A stretch of 64,000 bases of DNA from positions 51,480 through 115,479 of the forward strand of contig CAYYWO010000001.1 of assembly GCA_964474885.1 (NCBI GenBank). The letters run 5' to 3'. Under the pieces are notes generated by a model, which had not been told where the DNA came from, did no database searches, and worked only from the letters and a program-made list of their open reading frames with translations. This document shows, in pieces, positions 46,921-57,495 of this stretch. The DNA is from Candidatus Hadarchaeota archaeon. GTDB taxonomy: Archaea > Hadarchaeota > Hadarchaeia > Hadarchaeales > JAWBSP01. The first letter of the stretch is position 1; every line of letters starts with the position of its first letter. The position numbers and the translations under genes are program-made.

Positions 46921-49158
46921 ATGAAGGTAAACTACAGGCGCTGGGCTATTTTAACATACTTAGGTTTCCTTATTTTCTTCTCCTTTCACGTCCTCCTGAT
47001 ACCTGGCGAGAAGTACAAGGTCTTAACGACTTCTGACTCGGGCTTTTTTGCAGGCATAGCTGAGGAGATAGACTCAGCCAATCATCTGGTGGACAGGTAT
47101 TGGAGGTCACATGCACCCACCGGCTGGCCCTTGAGAGTACAGGATCAGGGTCAACCTCTTCTTACCGTGATGCTTTATAGAGGCCTCTCAGCAGTCTTTC
47201 CGGGAATAGAGCTTATGGATGTCATAAACTACTGGGCCCCCCTCATGTTCGCCGTCTTTTTAATTGGAGTCTTCTTAGCTGCAAGGGAGCTGGGGGGTGA
47301 TGTAGCGGGATTGGCAGCTGTTTTCTTCGCGAGTGTAATGATATCGAGTATCTATTGGTTCAAATTTTCGGCTTATGATAGAGAATGTCTGACCCAGGCA
47401 TTGTCTGCTTGGATAATCTACCTCGCAATTCTAACCATTAAGCGATCCAGTGTCGGCATGGGGGTGCTAACAGGTTTGGTTCTCTCAATTCTTGCTCTCA
47501 GCTGGCCCGGGTGGCTCTACCTAACACCCATAATTCTGGGTGCTCTGCTGCTTCCTCTCTTGTACGACTTTTTTAAGGAGGTGGTGCTCACGAGGAGGTT
47601 TGTGAGTTCCTTGATCAGAGCATTCTTAAATAACTGGAGAGTGATCGTGTCAGTCATCGTCATATTTGGGGTGGTGACGGCGCTATGCACATCTTTGGGA
47701 GAGCCTCCGAACTGGATTGGTTTTGCTCAGGTATTAGCTTCCTATGTCGGGCTGAGTGGTGGCGGAGGCCCCGCACTTCGAGCGAGATATGCTTCCGAAA
47801 TGGTAGCTCCCCATTCTTTTTCTGAGGTAATGTACTCCTTTTATCGTCCAGTATACAGGAACTCGACAGCCGTTACAATCCAGGAGGTTCTGACGAGGTT
47901 TCTTTACTTTTCGATCTTCTTGGGGGTATGCAGAGTCCTCTGGACTAGGAGGAGATGGGAGTGGATCATAATCCCCTGGCTGATAATCCTCATGGGCCTA
48001 GTTTGGCCCGGGAAAGGTCAGGCTAGATTCGAGCGCCAGTGGTGGCCTTTTGTTGCTGTAGTTATGGGCCTTGCCGTGAGTACACTTTGGTGGGGGGTGA
48101 AGAAGCTGAGCCAAGAGTGGGGCTTCTCGCCTCACTATTTCCGTCCCCTACCCGTTCTATTGCTTCTCCTGTTTGTTCCCTTAGGTCAGAATGCGATTGC
48201 TCAAGCAGAGCATACAGCTCCGCCAACTGAGTGGGCAGGCCCAGGCTTTGATCAAGCGTACATTGAAGCATGCGAATGGCTCGAGAACAACACACCTGTG
48301 GACTCTGTGGTGGCAGTCGAGTGGTCCTATGGGCATCTATTCTCCGGGGCTTCGAAACGCAGAACCGTGTGCGATGGTGTAGAAGCACTGGGACGGGAGG
48401 GCGTGTGGGAGAACAAATCCGAGATAAAACCACCGGATTACATTTACCGGGTAGAGGGAGACAGGGCGTATATTTATGGTGTTGACATAGGAGGCGCCCT
48501 CTGGACTCTAGCACCATATAAAGTATACGGCAGGAGGACAGATGTCCTAAGAATCCGGTACATGGACAGCGATGAGTTGAGATGGTGGTTAGAAACTTAT
48601 CGGGACAACTGGGGTGTAAAAATCGATTATATCGTTCTGGACATGTGGGACTGGTGGTTGGCTTCCCGGATTGAGCAGCACAGGGCCTATTACTTGACCG
48701 CTGGTTTCGGTTCGTCACCCCTAAGGATAATAAGCTCAGTTTCAATTGAGAACCAGGATAGTATCCTTCTCCTACATTTCGGCGAAAACAGGGAGAACAT
48801 AGTGATAAATACGACCACCCACCAGGTTTACCTGGCTAGGCAAGGGGCACCAGATCTGTTAATGGATGGTTACATCGATGTAATAGCGGATTCAAGAGGG
48901 AACATCCTTTCCTCTCAATACCATAAGTCCCCTAGGTTACCTGAGGTGCCGGAAACGGTGATCCTGCTTAGGGTGCAGGGGCAAGGCATAACATCTGCTG
49001 CCCTGTATCCGTCTAGGAGAGAGGAAATAGAGCACAGAGGACCCTGTGTAGGTACGTACATGTATGCCGAAAACCTACCTGATTATTTAGAGCGAGTTTT
49101 CCTGAGTTCGAACGGTCTAGTTGCCCTCTTCAAAGTAGATTGGGCCAAGTTAACCTGA
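46921..49158 (+). CDS. aglB: STT3/AglB-family oligosaccharyltransferase, divergent (EWSYG for WWDYG)
   Basis: Many TMs; loop TSD...HAPTG; AYDRE (DxD-like); YASE (TIXE-like); QARF; EACEWLENNTP.DSVV..EWSYGH......RRTV.DG; DYIV. Confidence 0.85.
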   Translation: MKVNYRRWAILTYLGFLIFFSFHVLLIPGEKYKVLTTSDSGFFAGIAEEIDSANHLVDRYWRSHAPTGWPLRVQDQGQPLLTVMLYRGLSAVFPGIELMDVINYWAPLMFAVFLIGVFLAARELGGDVAGLAAVFFASVMISSIYWFKFSAYDRECLTQALSAWIIYLAILTIKRSSVGMGVLTGLVLSILALSWPGWLYLTPIILGALLLPLLYDFFKEVVLTRRFVSSLIRAFLNNWRVIVSVIVIFGVVTALCTSLGEPPNWIGFAQVLASYVGLSGGGGPALRARYASEMVAPHSFSEVMYSFYRPVYRNSTAVTIQEVLTRFLYFSIFLGVCRVLWTRRRWEWIIIPWLIILMGLVWPGKGQARFERQWWPFVAVVMGLAVSTLWWGVKKLSQEWGFSPHYFRPLPVLLLLLFVPLGQNAIAQAEHTAPPTEWAGPGFDQAYIEACEWLENNTPVDSVVAVEWSYGHLFSGASKRRTVCDGVEALGREGVWENKSEIKPPDYIYRVEGDRAYIYGVDIGGALWTLAPYKVYGRRTDVLRIRYMDSDELRWWLETYRDNWGVKIDYIVLDMWDWWLASRIEQHRAYYLTAGFGSSPLRIISSVSIENQDSILLLHFGENRENIVINTTTHQVYLARQGAPDLLMDGYIDVIADSRGNILSSQYHKSPRLPEVPETVILLRVQGQGITSAALYPSRREEIEHRGPCVGTYMYAENLPDYLERVFLSSNGLVALFKVDWAKLT

Positions 49159-50384
49159 TGCAGAGGCCAAAAGGTACGCGGGATCTGTTTGGCCCCGAGC
49201 TCCTAGCTCGATATCGTGTTCTGGAGGTTTTGAGAGGTACTTTCAGGAGATACTGTTTCAAGGAAGTTGAAACTCCAGTTTTTGAGTATCTGGAGCTTTT
49301 CACAGTAAAGAGTGGTCAGACGATCGTCAACCAGCTATACAGCTTCAAGGACAAATCCGGTAGAGATTTGGCTTTGAGACCAGAGCTCACAGCACCGGTG
49401 ATGAGACTGTATATTCAAAAGCTGAGATCCGAGCCCAAACCCGTCAAGTTATGTTACACCGGAAACTGCTTCAGATATGAAGAGCCGCAAGCAGGCAGAT
49501 GGAGGCAGTTCTTACAGGCAGGAGCAGAAATAATCGGAAGCTCTCTCCCTTCATCGGATGCAGAGATAATTAGTATGGCAGACCAAGTTTTTACTGAGCT
49601 CGGAATTCGTGCAGAACTTGTTGTGGGTCATCTCCTTCCCTTGAGGAGTTTCCTTTCATCACTGGGATTGGATGGCTCCCAACAGGATCGTTTGCTGAGG
49701 GCTATTGACTCTGGGGACGAGCAGAGGTTGCAGAAAGAGTTGGATTCTTTGCCGGCAGACGAGACGGACAGGAACAGGTTGAGGGAACTCATAGGACTCA
49801 GAGGAGGGAGACAGACGATAGGAAAAGCCAGAGAGCTCGTAAAACTCCCCCAGGCAACAAGAGGCTTGGATAATCTTGCGGAGGTACTAGATATAATCGA
49901 GGACCTTGGAATAAGGTACACAGTAAACTTGGGTCTGGCTAGGGGCTTGGACTACTATACCGGATGTGTCTTTGAGTTCTATGCGGGCGGATGGCAGGTA
50001 GCTGGGGGCGGTAGGTATGATAATCTAATCGAGCTACTGGGAGGAGAACCTACTCCTGCGGTCGGGATCGGTTTCGGGGTGGACAGGATGGCAAGATTCA
50101 TCGAGCCCCCAGAAGAGGATGCGCCAGAGTTTATGATCTTGCCCGTTAGTCGGGAAGAGATGGGGCTTTGTATGAAGATAGCACGTGAGCTGCGTTTGAA
50201 GGGAAGGAGAGCGGAAGTGGAGTTGTTGGGAAGGAAACTTTCCAAAGGTTTGGAATTCGCTAATACTAGAGGGGTTAGAAAGGTGATAATCGTTGGAAAG
50301 AGAGATTTACAGCATGGTATGGTCACAGTAAGAGATATGCGATCTGGTGAGCAAAAAACCGTCCGCCTAGAGGAGCTTATTTAG
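49158..50384 (+). CDS. hisS: Histidine--tRNA ligase
   Basis: PKGTRD, LRPELT, RYEEPQAGR, ARGLDYYTG, GGGRYD, GFGVDR. Confidence 0.97.
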   Translation: MQRPKGTRDLFGPELLARYRVLEVLRGTFRRYCFKEVETPVFEYLELFTVKSGQTIVNQLYSFKDKSGRDLALRPELTAPVMRLYIQKLRSEPKPVKLCYTGNCFRYEEPQAGRWRQFLQAGAEIIGSSLPSSDAEIISMADQVFTELGIRAELVVGHLLPLRSFLSSLGLDGSQQDRLLRAIDSGDEQRLQKELDSLPADETDRNRLRELIGLRGGRQTIGKARELVKLPQATRGLDNLAEVLDIIEDLGIRYTVNLGLARGLDYYTGCVFEFYAGGWQVAGGGRYDNLIELLGGEPTPAVGIGFGVDRMARFIEPPEEDAPEFMILPVSREEMGLCMKIARELRLKGRRAEVELLGRKLSKGLEFANTRGVRKVIIVGKRDLQHGMVTVRDMRSGEQKTVRLEELI

Positions 50385-51204
50385 AACTGGAAGCTCTTTC
50401 CTCGAAGAATTCTTTCATAAGCAGGGAGTCTTTCTCGAGCACAGGACTCTCGCTTATGATGGTTATACTTACCCTCCTCTTGAGAATCTCCTCTCCTAAG
50501 GGTTCAAACGGCGGCTTTTTCTCACTCATCTCCAGATGACGTATTTCGTTGCCTTTCCCGGGTCCAACTCTCTTGAACTCGACGCATGTGAAATGGGTGT
50601 GTAGATGCCTGAACTTCTCAACTTTGTCGAAAACGTCACCCCACCTCACTTCTCCACCGCTTCTAGCATAGAGATGGGCCCAGTCAATGACGGGAACGCA
50701 TCCTTCAATTTCGCGACAGATTTGTAGTATTTCCTCCAAGGTACCGAAGGTGCTTTGTTTTCCCATGGTTTCGAGCCCCAGTTTTACATCCTCAAGCCCC
50801 ATCCGGTTCATCCGGATCCTGAGATCCTCGCAAGCATCTTTCACACTTTGAACCGCCTGCTGAGGCGACATCTTCCCATAGTATCCAGGATGAAACACGA
50901 CAATGTCGGCCCCCATTGCACCAGCACGGTCTGCGGATAATAGTATACGCTTTTTTGAGGCCTCGAGCTTGGATTTCTCGGTGGAGCACAGGTTGATAAA
51001 GTACGGACAGTGAACTGACAGCCTGACACCAAGTCTCTTCGCTTCTTCTCCCACTCTCTTTGCCATTTCTTTGCTCATGGTAACCCCTCTGACGAACTCC
51101 ACTTCCATTGCGTTCAAACCTAGCTCAGCCACCCTTCTTATGCCCCCTATGGTGCTCTTGTCCTTGGCGGTTATTGGTATCCCCGCAGGGCCTAGGTAAA
51201 TCAT
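50377..51204 (-). CDS. nfo: Endonuclease IV (AP endonuclease family 2)
   Basis: GPAG.P, HCPYFINL, FHPG, ETMGK, DWAH, ISESP.LE.D. Confidence 0.88.
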   Translation of the reverse strand: MIYLGPAGIPITAKDKSTIGGIRRVAELGLNAMEVEFVRGVTMSKEMAKRVGEEAKRLGVRLSVHCPYFINLCSTEKSKLEASKKRILLSADRAGAMGADIVVFHPGYYGKMSPQQAVQSVKDACEDLRIRMNRMGLEDVKLGLETMGKQSTFGTLEEILQICREIEGCVPVIDWAHLYARSGGEVRWGDVFDKVEKFRHLHTHFTCVEFKRVGPGKGNEIRHLEMSEKKPPFEPLGEEILKRRVSITIISESPVLEKDSLLMKEFFEERASSSK

Positions 51205-51531
51205 CTTTCTCTCCTAGGGAAAACCTTTATGATCTGGTTCGAAAAATTAGTCTACCCTTTTTAAGGGGGCCAAGTTACTTTATCGTTGTTCCGGGATCTC
51301 TGAGGGCTACTTCTAGGACGATGCAGTTAACAGATTCATAACCAGATCTTTGAGTCTCGATTCAGCCAGCTGGAGAGAGAATTGAGGGCGGAGAATTGCC
51401 TCCCTCGATGAAAAATTGAGGCTTTGTTGGCTGGCTGGGAGTCATACTTAAAACTTGCTATCGCTGGAAATGTCCGATTGATAATCAAGGACAAATGTTA
51501 TGTTCTTAGAGGTTCCTGAGTTTAATTTCCG

Positions 51532-52092
51532 ATGCTGAGCAGACTCAAGTCCAAGTTTGAGGTGCTAGTTAAGGGACCCGTTGCAGTTTTAGCCCGTTTG
51601 GGTTTCACACCCAATCACTTGACCCTCATTGGGCTGATAATGTCTCTGTTGTGTTTCTATCTATTCTTCCAACGGCATGCAGTACTCGCAGGTTTCGTCC
51701 TTCTGGTATGTGGCCTTTTTGATGCAATGGATGGAGCCCTCGCTAGATACACAGGTTTGAGTACCACTTTTGGTGCTCTCTTTGATTCGGTATCGGATAG
51801 ATACAGCGACTTTTTTGTCATAGCAGGTATGATCTTGGGCGGACTTGTGAACATGGGTTGGGGCCTACTGGCTATCCTTGGTTCCTTCATGGTCAGCTAT
51901 GTTCGTGCGAGAGGAGAGGCTGCAGGGGCTGGTAAATTGGATATAGGGATAGCTGAAAGAGGCGAAAGAGTTTTAATCCTAGCCTTCTTCTCGATCCTTA
52001 ACCTCCCTGAGCTGGGGGTGATCTTAGTGGCGATTTTAGCCAATTTGACCGCCATCCACAGATTCGTAGTGGCGGCGCTGAGACTCACCTAA
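51532..52092 (+). CDS. pgsA: CDP-alcohol phosphatidyltransferase, likely archaetidylinositol-phosphate synthase
   Basis: TPN.LT, DAMDGALAR, GALFDSVSDR, SYVRARGE, ERGER; next to ino1. Confidence 0.85.
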   Translation: MLSRLKSKFEVLVKGPVAVLARLGFTPNHLTLIGLIMSLLCFYLFFQRHAVLAGFVLLVCGLFDAMDGALARYTGLSTTFGALFDSVSDRYSDFFVIAGMILGGLVNMGWGLLAILGSFMVSYVRARGEAAGAGKLDIGIAERGERVLILAFFSILNLPELGVILVAILANLTAIHRFVVAALRLT

Positions 52093-52387
52093 ATTTTTCC
52101 TCTAGTGAGGATAGATAGATCTTGAACTGGTTTAACAGCTCCCTTCCTTTGGGTGTGATGTGATAATACTTCCTAGGTCGGCTCTCGTGCTTCCACTCGG
52201 CCACCACTAGCCCCTCCCTTTGGAGCTTACTTAGCACCTTATAGGCGGCAGACAGCTGGAAAGAAAAGCCGAATTTTTTGGCTATGGCTTTTCTCAGTTC
52301 GTAGACGTACATGGGTCTGTCGTTTAGCATCCTCAGTACATAAGGCCAAAGCATTTCTAGGGTGGTTTTCCTCTCGATTCGTTTCAT
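52085..52387 (-). CDS. PadR family transcriptional regulator
   Basis: PMY.YEL, Y..L.KL...GLV, RPRKYYHITPKG. Confidence 0.88.
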   Translation of the reverse strand: MKRIERKTTLEMLWPYVLRMLNDRPMYVYELRKAIAKKFGFSFQLSAAYKVLSKLQREGLVVAEWKHESRPRKYYHITPKGRELLNQFKIYLSSLEEKFR

Positions 52388-52469
52388 CGGCTTCATGACC
52401 AATAATAGTAGCTGAAAGTCGTTAAAAGCAGCGCTCCGAAGAATTTTATTTTTAAGCGATTTTAAAGAA

Positions 52470-53543
52470 ATGGGAAAGGTAAGGGTCGCTATTGCAGGCG
52501 TCGGCAATTGTGCGTCATCCCTTGTCCAGGGTGTGTTCTATTATCAGAATGCCAAGGAAGAGGAACAGGTTCCTGGTCTTATGCATGTAAAATTTGGGGA
52601 TTACCACATTCGGGATATAGAGTTTGTTGCAGCTTTTGATGTAGATGCCAACAAGGTAGGAAAGGATTTAGCGGAAGCCATTTTCACACCTCCCAACTGT
52701 ACCTTCAAGTTCTGTGATGTGCCCAAACTGGGGGTTGAGGTTCAAAGGGCACCCATTCTAGATGGACTGGGAAAATACCTAAAGGCGGTGATTCCAGTAG
52801 ATTCCTCTCAGCGGGAGATAGATGTGGTTCAAGTGCTAAAAGAGAGTGGAGCTGATGTTCTCGTAAATTATGTTCCGGTAGGGAGTTTTAAAGCCGCCCG
52901 TTTTTACGCTAATGCCTGCCTAGAGGCAGGCGTAGGGTTCGTTAACTGCATGCCCGAGTTCATAGTTTCAGATCCAGCCTGGGGGGAAAAGTTTGAGGAA
53001 AGGGGCATACCCTGTGCTGGTGATGATATAAAATCGCAGGTTGGTGCTACAATCCTGCATCGCACTCTCGTCAAACTCCTCGTCGACAGAGGGGTCAAGG
53101 TCGAAGAAAGTTATCAACTGAACATCGGAGGGAATACAGACTTTCTGAACATGCTCGAGGAAGAGAGACTCAGCTCTAAGAGGGTCAGCAAGACGGAAGC
53201 TGTGGCAAGTCAGGTTCCATACGAGGTACCTCTGAGGATTGGTCCCAGTGATTATGTCCCCTTCTTGAAGGACAGGAAGATATGCTACATCTACATCAAG
53301 GGAAGAAAATTCGGGGACGTCCCCATATGGATCGATGCGAAGCTGAACGTGGAGGATTCACCAAACAGTGCGGGGGTTGTGATAGACGCTATTCGAGCGG
53401 TGAAAATCGCGAAGGACAGAGGGGTGGCTGGGCCGCTCTATTCGGTGTCCGCGTATTTCTTCAAGCACCCACCGGTCCAGATGGATGATGCCAAGGCGAG
53501 AAGGGCGGTGGAGGAGTTTATTCAAGGGAAGAGGGAGAGATGA
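52470..53543 (+). CDS. ino1: myo-inositol-1(3)-phosphate synthase
   Basis: [40 protein letters not shown]. Confidence 0.96.
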   Translation: MGKVRVAIAGVGNCASSLVQGVFYYQNAKEEEQVPGLMHVKFGDYHIRDIEFVAAFDVDANKVGKDLAEAIFTPPNCTFKFCDVPKLGVEVQRAPILDGLGKYLKAVIPVDSSQREIDVVQVLKESGADVLVNYVPVGSFKAARFYANACLEAGVGFVNCMPEFIVSDPAWGEKFEERGIPCAGDDIKSQVGATILHRTLVKLLVDRGVKVEESYQLNIGGNTDFLNMLEEERLSSKRVSKTEAVASQVPYEVPLRIGPSDYVPFLKDRKICYIYIKGRKFGDVPIWIDAKLNVEDSPNSAGVVIDAIRAVKIAKDRGVAGPLYSVSAYFFKHPPVQMDDAKARRAVEEFIQGKRER

Positions 53544-54424
53544 GAGAACTTGACTTCTTGGTAGTCGGGCACATAGCTATCGACGTTAACGTTTTTCCTT
53601 GGGGGGTCATCGAAAACGTCCTAGGCGGTGCGCCCACGTATGGCGGCTTCCTCCTAGCTGGGCTAGGGGCCAAGGTGGGCATACTTTCGAAGGTGGGTTT
53701 TGACTTCTCTAGAATGTTCCCCCCTATCTTCAGCAAGTTCGGCTTGGATACCGAGGGACTAATTGTAACAGGTGAAAGGTCAACGACTTTCAGGAATGTT
53801 TACGATGAGCAGGGGAACAGAACACAGAGCTGTACTTATCTTGCCCCCCAGCTGACACTCAGGGATATCCCAAGTTATTACACGAATATGCTCGGGGTGT
53901 ACGTTTCCCCTTTAGGGAACGAGGTTTCGGTAGAGCTTTTGCAGGAACTCAGGCGCAGGACAAAATTTGTGATGATGGATCCGCAGGGACTTTTCAGAAA
54001 GATCCGGGAGGATGGGCGGATAGAACTCCGAGCTTTCCGAGATTTGTCGGAATATCTACAGTATCTGGACATAGTTAAGGTAGGCAGAGACGAGATAGTC
54101 GTTTTTGGTGAGAAGTCACCGAGTGAAATCGCCCAGAGTCTGAGGGAGATGGGCTGCTCAGTGGCAGTGGTAACACTAGGTGAAAAAGGTTGTGTGGTTG
54201 CCGAAGGAAGCGGCGTTGAAAGTTTTCCCGCCCTAAAGGTGGAGGCCAAGGATCTCACAGGGGCGGGGGATGTGTTCGGTGCCGCTTTCTTGTACAAGTA
54301 TGCTGAAACTCAAGATGCTAAACTAGCCGCTAGATTTGCTAATGCAGCAGCTGGTTTAAAGATAAGGTATAGGGGTATTGTAGGCTTCCCTTCCCTTTCT
54401 GAGATAGAGGAGGTCCTAGAATAG
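53540..54424 (+). CDS. PfkB family carbohydrate kinase
   Basis: GG motif, [25 protein letters not shown]. Confidence 0.88.
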   Translation: MRELDFLVVGHIAIDVNVFPWGVIENVLGGAPTYGGFLLAGLGAKVGILSKVGFDFSRMFPPIFSKFGLDTEGLIVTGERSTTFRNVYDEQGNRTQSCTYLAPQLTLRDIPSYYTNMLGVYVSPLGNEVSVELLQELRRRTKFVMMDPQGLFRKIREDGRIELRAFRDLSEYLQYLDIVKVGRDEIVVFGEKSPSEIAQSLREMGCSVAVVTLGEKGCVVAEGSGVESFPALKVEAKDLTGAGDVFGAAFLYKYAETQDAKLAARFANAAAGLKIRYRGIVGFPSLSEIEEVLE

Positions 54425-54441
54425 CCCTGAGGGAAAAATTC

Positions 54442-55557
54442 ATGAAAAAGTCGTTAGCTCTTAAAACGATTCTCTTATTTGGTATTGTAAGCCTCCTAGG
54501 AGATGTTATTTACGAGGGTTGCAAGGGCGTGACAGGTCCATTCTTGTCCCTTCTTGGCGCCTCCGCATTTATCATCGGTGCGGTTTCGGGTGCGGGGGAA
54601 TTCCTTTCGTATGCTTTGCGTTTTCCCGCAGGAAGAATTGCAGACAAGAAAAGATGGTACTGGGAACAAACATTTCTAGGGTATTCTCTCATTCTGTGCA
54701 TCCCTCTACTTGCACTAGTCTGGGATTGGAGAATCGCAGCTCTGCTACTCTTGCTTGAGAGAGTGGGAAAGGGTATCCGATCTCCGGCTAGGGACGCCAT
54801 ACTTTCCCACGTGGTCAAAACTGTGGGAGCCGGGAGAGGTTTTGCTGTTCACGAGATTCTTGATCAAATTGGGGCGATCTTGGGTCCGCTTATTTTTTCC
54901 CTAATTCTCTTCAAAGCGAACTACACGGTGGTTTTCAGCGTGATGTGGTTGCCATTCTTTCTCCTCTTGATTTCACTATCCCTTGCCAGGAAATTCTCCA
55001 GTCCCTTCCCTCGGGCGACACCCACCATTGCAAGGCACTATCATATCAGGCCGCTGGTTTTCTTCACTTTCGTCGCAGGCCTTGGGTTGCTTCCTTTCCC
55101 TGTTCTGGCCTATCATTTTACTCGTGAAGGGATGGAAGCTTACTTTATCTCGATCCTTTACGCGCTCGTCATGGGTGCAGATGCTGGGTCAGCCTACTTA
55201 GGTGGGATTCTGTATGACAAGTCTGGGATCAAAAGTTTGATGCTCCTTCCGCTTTTTTGCCTGTTTGCCCCGCTTGCCTTTATGAGTTCTACGATGTTTC
55301 TCGGGATTATCTCATTAGGCTTTGCAATCGGGATACAGGAGACTGTACTGAGGGCAGTAGTGGCAGATCTTGTACCAGCTGAGAAAAGAGGTTCAGCATA
55401 TGGAGGAATTCAATCAGCTTTCGGCTTGGCTTTTCTCATGGGCAACTCGATTTGCGGTCTTCTCTACGAACTCGGATTAACTTATTTGTTTCTATATGTG
55501 ACTACATGCGAACTGCTGGCACTCGTCTTATTCATACAGTGGATATCTAGACAATAG
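54442..55557 (+). CDS. MFS transporter
   Basis: About 12 TMs; G..AD, ERVGKGIRSPARDA, RGSAYG. Confidence 0.9.
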   Translation: MKKSLALKTILLFGIVSLLGDVIYEGCKGVTGPFLSLLGASAFIIGAVSGAGEFLSYALRFPAGRIADKKRWYWEQTFLGYSLILCIPLLALVWDWRIAALLLLLERVGKGIRSPARDAILSHVVKTVGAGRGFAVHEILDQIGAILGPLIFSLILFKANYTVVFSVMWLPFFLLLISLSLARKFSSPFPRATPTIARHYHIRPLVFFTFVAGLGLLPFPVLAYHFTREGMEAYFISILYALVMGADAGSAYLGGILYDKSGIKSLMLLPLFCLFAPLAFMSSTMFLGIISLGFAIGIQETVLRAVVADLVPAEKRGSAYGGIQSAFGLAFLMGNSICGLLYELGLTYLFLYVTTCELLALVLFIQWISRQ

Positions 55558-57450
55558 GCTTCTTGCCTTTCTGACGTTTGGGAACTGTAGCGGCAGACCC
55601 TCGATTTGTCTAAGAACCTCAACAGCCTGCAACAACATCCGCTGCAGATCCCCAGGCTCCAGTCCTGACCAGTTGACAACATTTTTCCATTCCTCCCCTC
55701 TTGCCAAACATATCCCAACTGCGGCACGTCTCTCCGCTGGACTATACCTCCTGCGCTCCCGGACGAGTTCAGTTAAGAAGGGGGAGAACTGGACCCCCCA
55801 TTTTCTTTCAAGCTTAGCTATCTTCTTTCCTATGGTCAGCAAATAATCAAGGTTGATCTTGGAAATGAGCCTAGAGGGAGCCTTTTCACCGCTCAGGGCA
55901 GTAGCCCAAGCACAGAGTTCGGCGACACCCATCTTTGCAACCCACCCTCTCCTGATGCTCTCAGTTATGAATATCGAGTTAGCATGTCTGACCTCTTTGG
56001 CCCACTCACCTTCCTGCGTTAGCTTACAATCCCGATTGAGGTAACCCAATTCCATGAGGATTCTGCTCCTCCGGTCAAAGTCGTTCATAAGTCTCCTCTC
56101 TACTTTCTTTCCTTTCTTGTGTCCGTAACTAGATTGCTGATAAACCAGCAGACTTTTGCTAAGAAGATCCAAGGCCCCCCAATAGCCGTACTTATCGAGT
56201 AGATTGAGAACTTGGTAGTACTGGACACGGAAGGCTGATCTCAGATGCTGTGGTTTTGATGTAGCCAGTGCTCTCGCCATCCTTATCCCTCTGATGGATC
56301 TAGCTTGCATGAGAGCGAATCCTACTTTATCCTTCCCCCTCCTTCCCGCTCTACCGATCATCTGGTGGAAATCTAGGGGGGAAAGGGGTTCCAATACGCC
56401 CTTTAGGGTGAGTTCAGGTAACACAACCGTCCTAGCCGGCACATCCAAACCAGCTGCCAAGGTACTTGTGGAGAAGACGGCTCTGATTAACCCTGAGCTC
56501 AGCAGGCGCTCTACGAGGATTTTCCAAGAGGTAAGGTGTCCAGCATGGTGCGACGCTATCCCCGCTTGCACTAAAGCGTCCAACAGCGGGTGGGAGTAGA
56601 GCTCAGGGTATTCACATGCCAGCTGATCGACGATTCTCTCCCTTTCTGCTTCACCTTCCGCTTTGATTCTCCTGAAAGCTCTCGCTGCCCGGTCGCAGTC
56701 TCTCCTTCTAGGTAAAAAGATGATGGCGGGGAGCAGGCGCCTGTGATTTAGGGTATCCACAAGCTGGACTGGATCGAATTTTCCGACTATGAGATCCGGG
56801 GAAATCCCCCCATCTAGAGGTAGGACGTGGCCAGAGGGGGTGACAAAACCAAATCTGAGGGGTACAGGCCTCTCCTCACAGATCACGAGTTCTGGTGGCC
56901 GCTCTCTGATCTGGGCCATCCAGTCGCAGATGTCCTGAGGATTGGAAATGGTCGCCGAGAGGAGCAAGAACTGGATGCTTTTTGGGGCCAAGATAATCAC
57001 TTCTTCCCATGTGACTCCCCTGTCCGGATCCGATATATAGTGGGCCTCATCGAGGACGACGAAAGCGGGGGCACTCTCTCCACTGTAAAGACTATTGCGA
57101 AGTACCTCAGTAGTGGCGACAATGAGGGGTGCACTCGGGTTTTCCTTTCTCTCACCCGTTAAAAGGCCCACCTTCTCTTCTCCAAACAGGTGCCTGAACT
57201 GATCGAATTTCTGGTTGGACAATGCTTTGAGGGGCGTGGTATACCAGCACCTCTTGCCATCTTCCAAATACTCTCGGATGACTTCTTGTGCTATCCAAGT
57301 CTTGCCACTGCCAGTAGGTGCCACCACGATTACATCCCTCCCCTTCCTCAGAGCTTCAATAGCCTGCAATTGAAAGGGGGAGGGCTTAAAGTAACCCTCA
57401 GCCTCGCCCAGTCCTTGTAGGAACTCTTTTGTTACTCTCTCCAGGTTCAT
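55528..57450 (-). CDS. Ski2/HelY-like DExH-box RNA helicase
   Basis: APTGSGKT, TPLKALSNQK, GLLTG, DEAH...DRGVTWEE, LSAT, RPVPL, HHAG, QMIGRAGRRG.D. Confidence 0.88.
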   Translation of the reverse strand: MNLERVTKEFLQGLGEAEGYFKPSPFQLQAIEALRKGRDVIVVAPTGSGKTWIAQEVIREYLEDGKRCWYTTPLKALSNQKFDQFRHLFGEEKVGLLTGERKENPSAPLIVATTEVLRNSLYSGESAPAFVVLDEAHYISDPDRGVTWEEVIILAPKSIQFLLLSATISNPQDICDWMAQIRERPPELVICEERPVPLRFGFVTPSGHVLPLDGGISPDLIVGKFDPVQLVDTLNHRRLLPAIIFLPRRRDCDRAARAFRRIKAEGEAERERIVDQLACEYPELYSHPLLDALVQAGIASHHAGHLTSWKILVERLLSSGLIRAVFSTSTLAAGLDVPARTVVLPELTLKGVLEPLSPLDFHQMIGRAGRRGKDKVGFALMQARSIRGIRMARALATSKPQHLRSAFRVQYYQVLNLLDKYGYWGALDLLSKSLLVYQQSSYGHKKGKKVERRLMNDFDRRSRILMELGYLNRDCKLTQEGEWAKEVRHANSIFITESIRRGWVAKMGVAELCAWATALSGEKAPSRLISKINLDYLLTIGKKIAKLERKWGVQFSPFLTELVRERRRYSPAERRAAVGICLARGEEWKNVVNWSGLEPGDLQRMLLQAVEVLRQIEGLPLQFPNVRKARSLLSRYPLYE

Positions 57451-57495
57451 CTCTAACCACCGAAGCCTGAAAAATAATGAGTACGAATAATTTGA

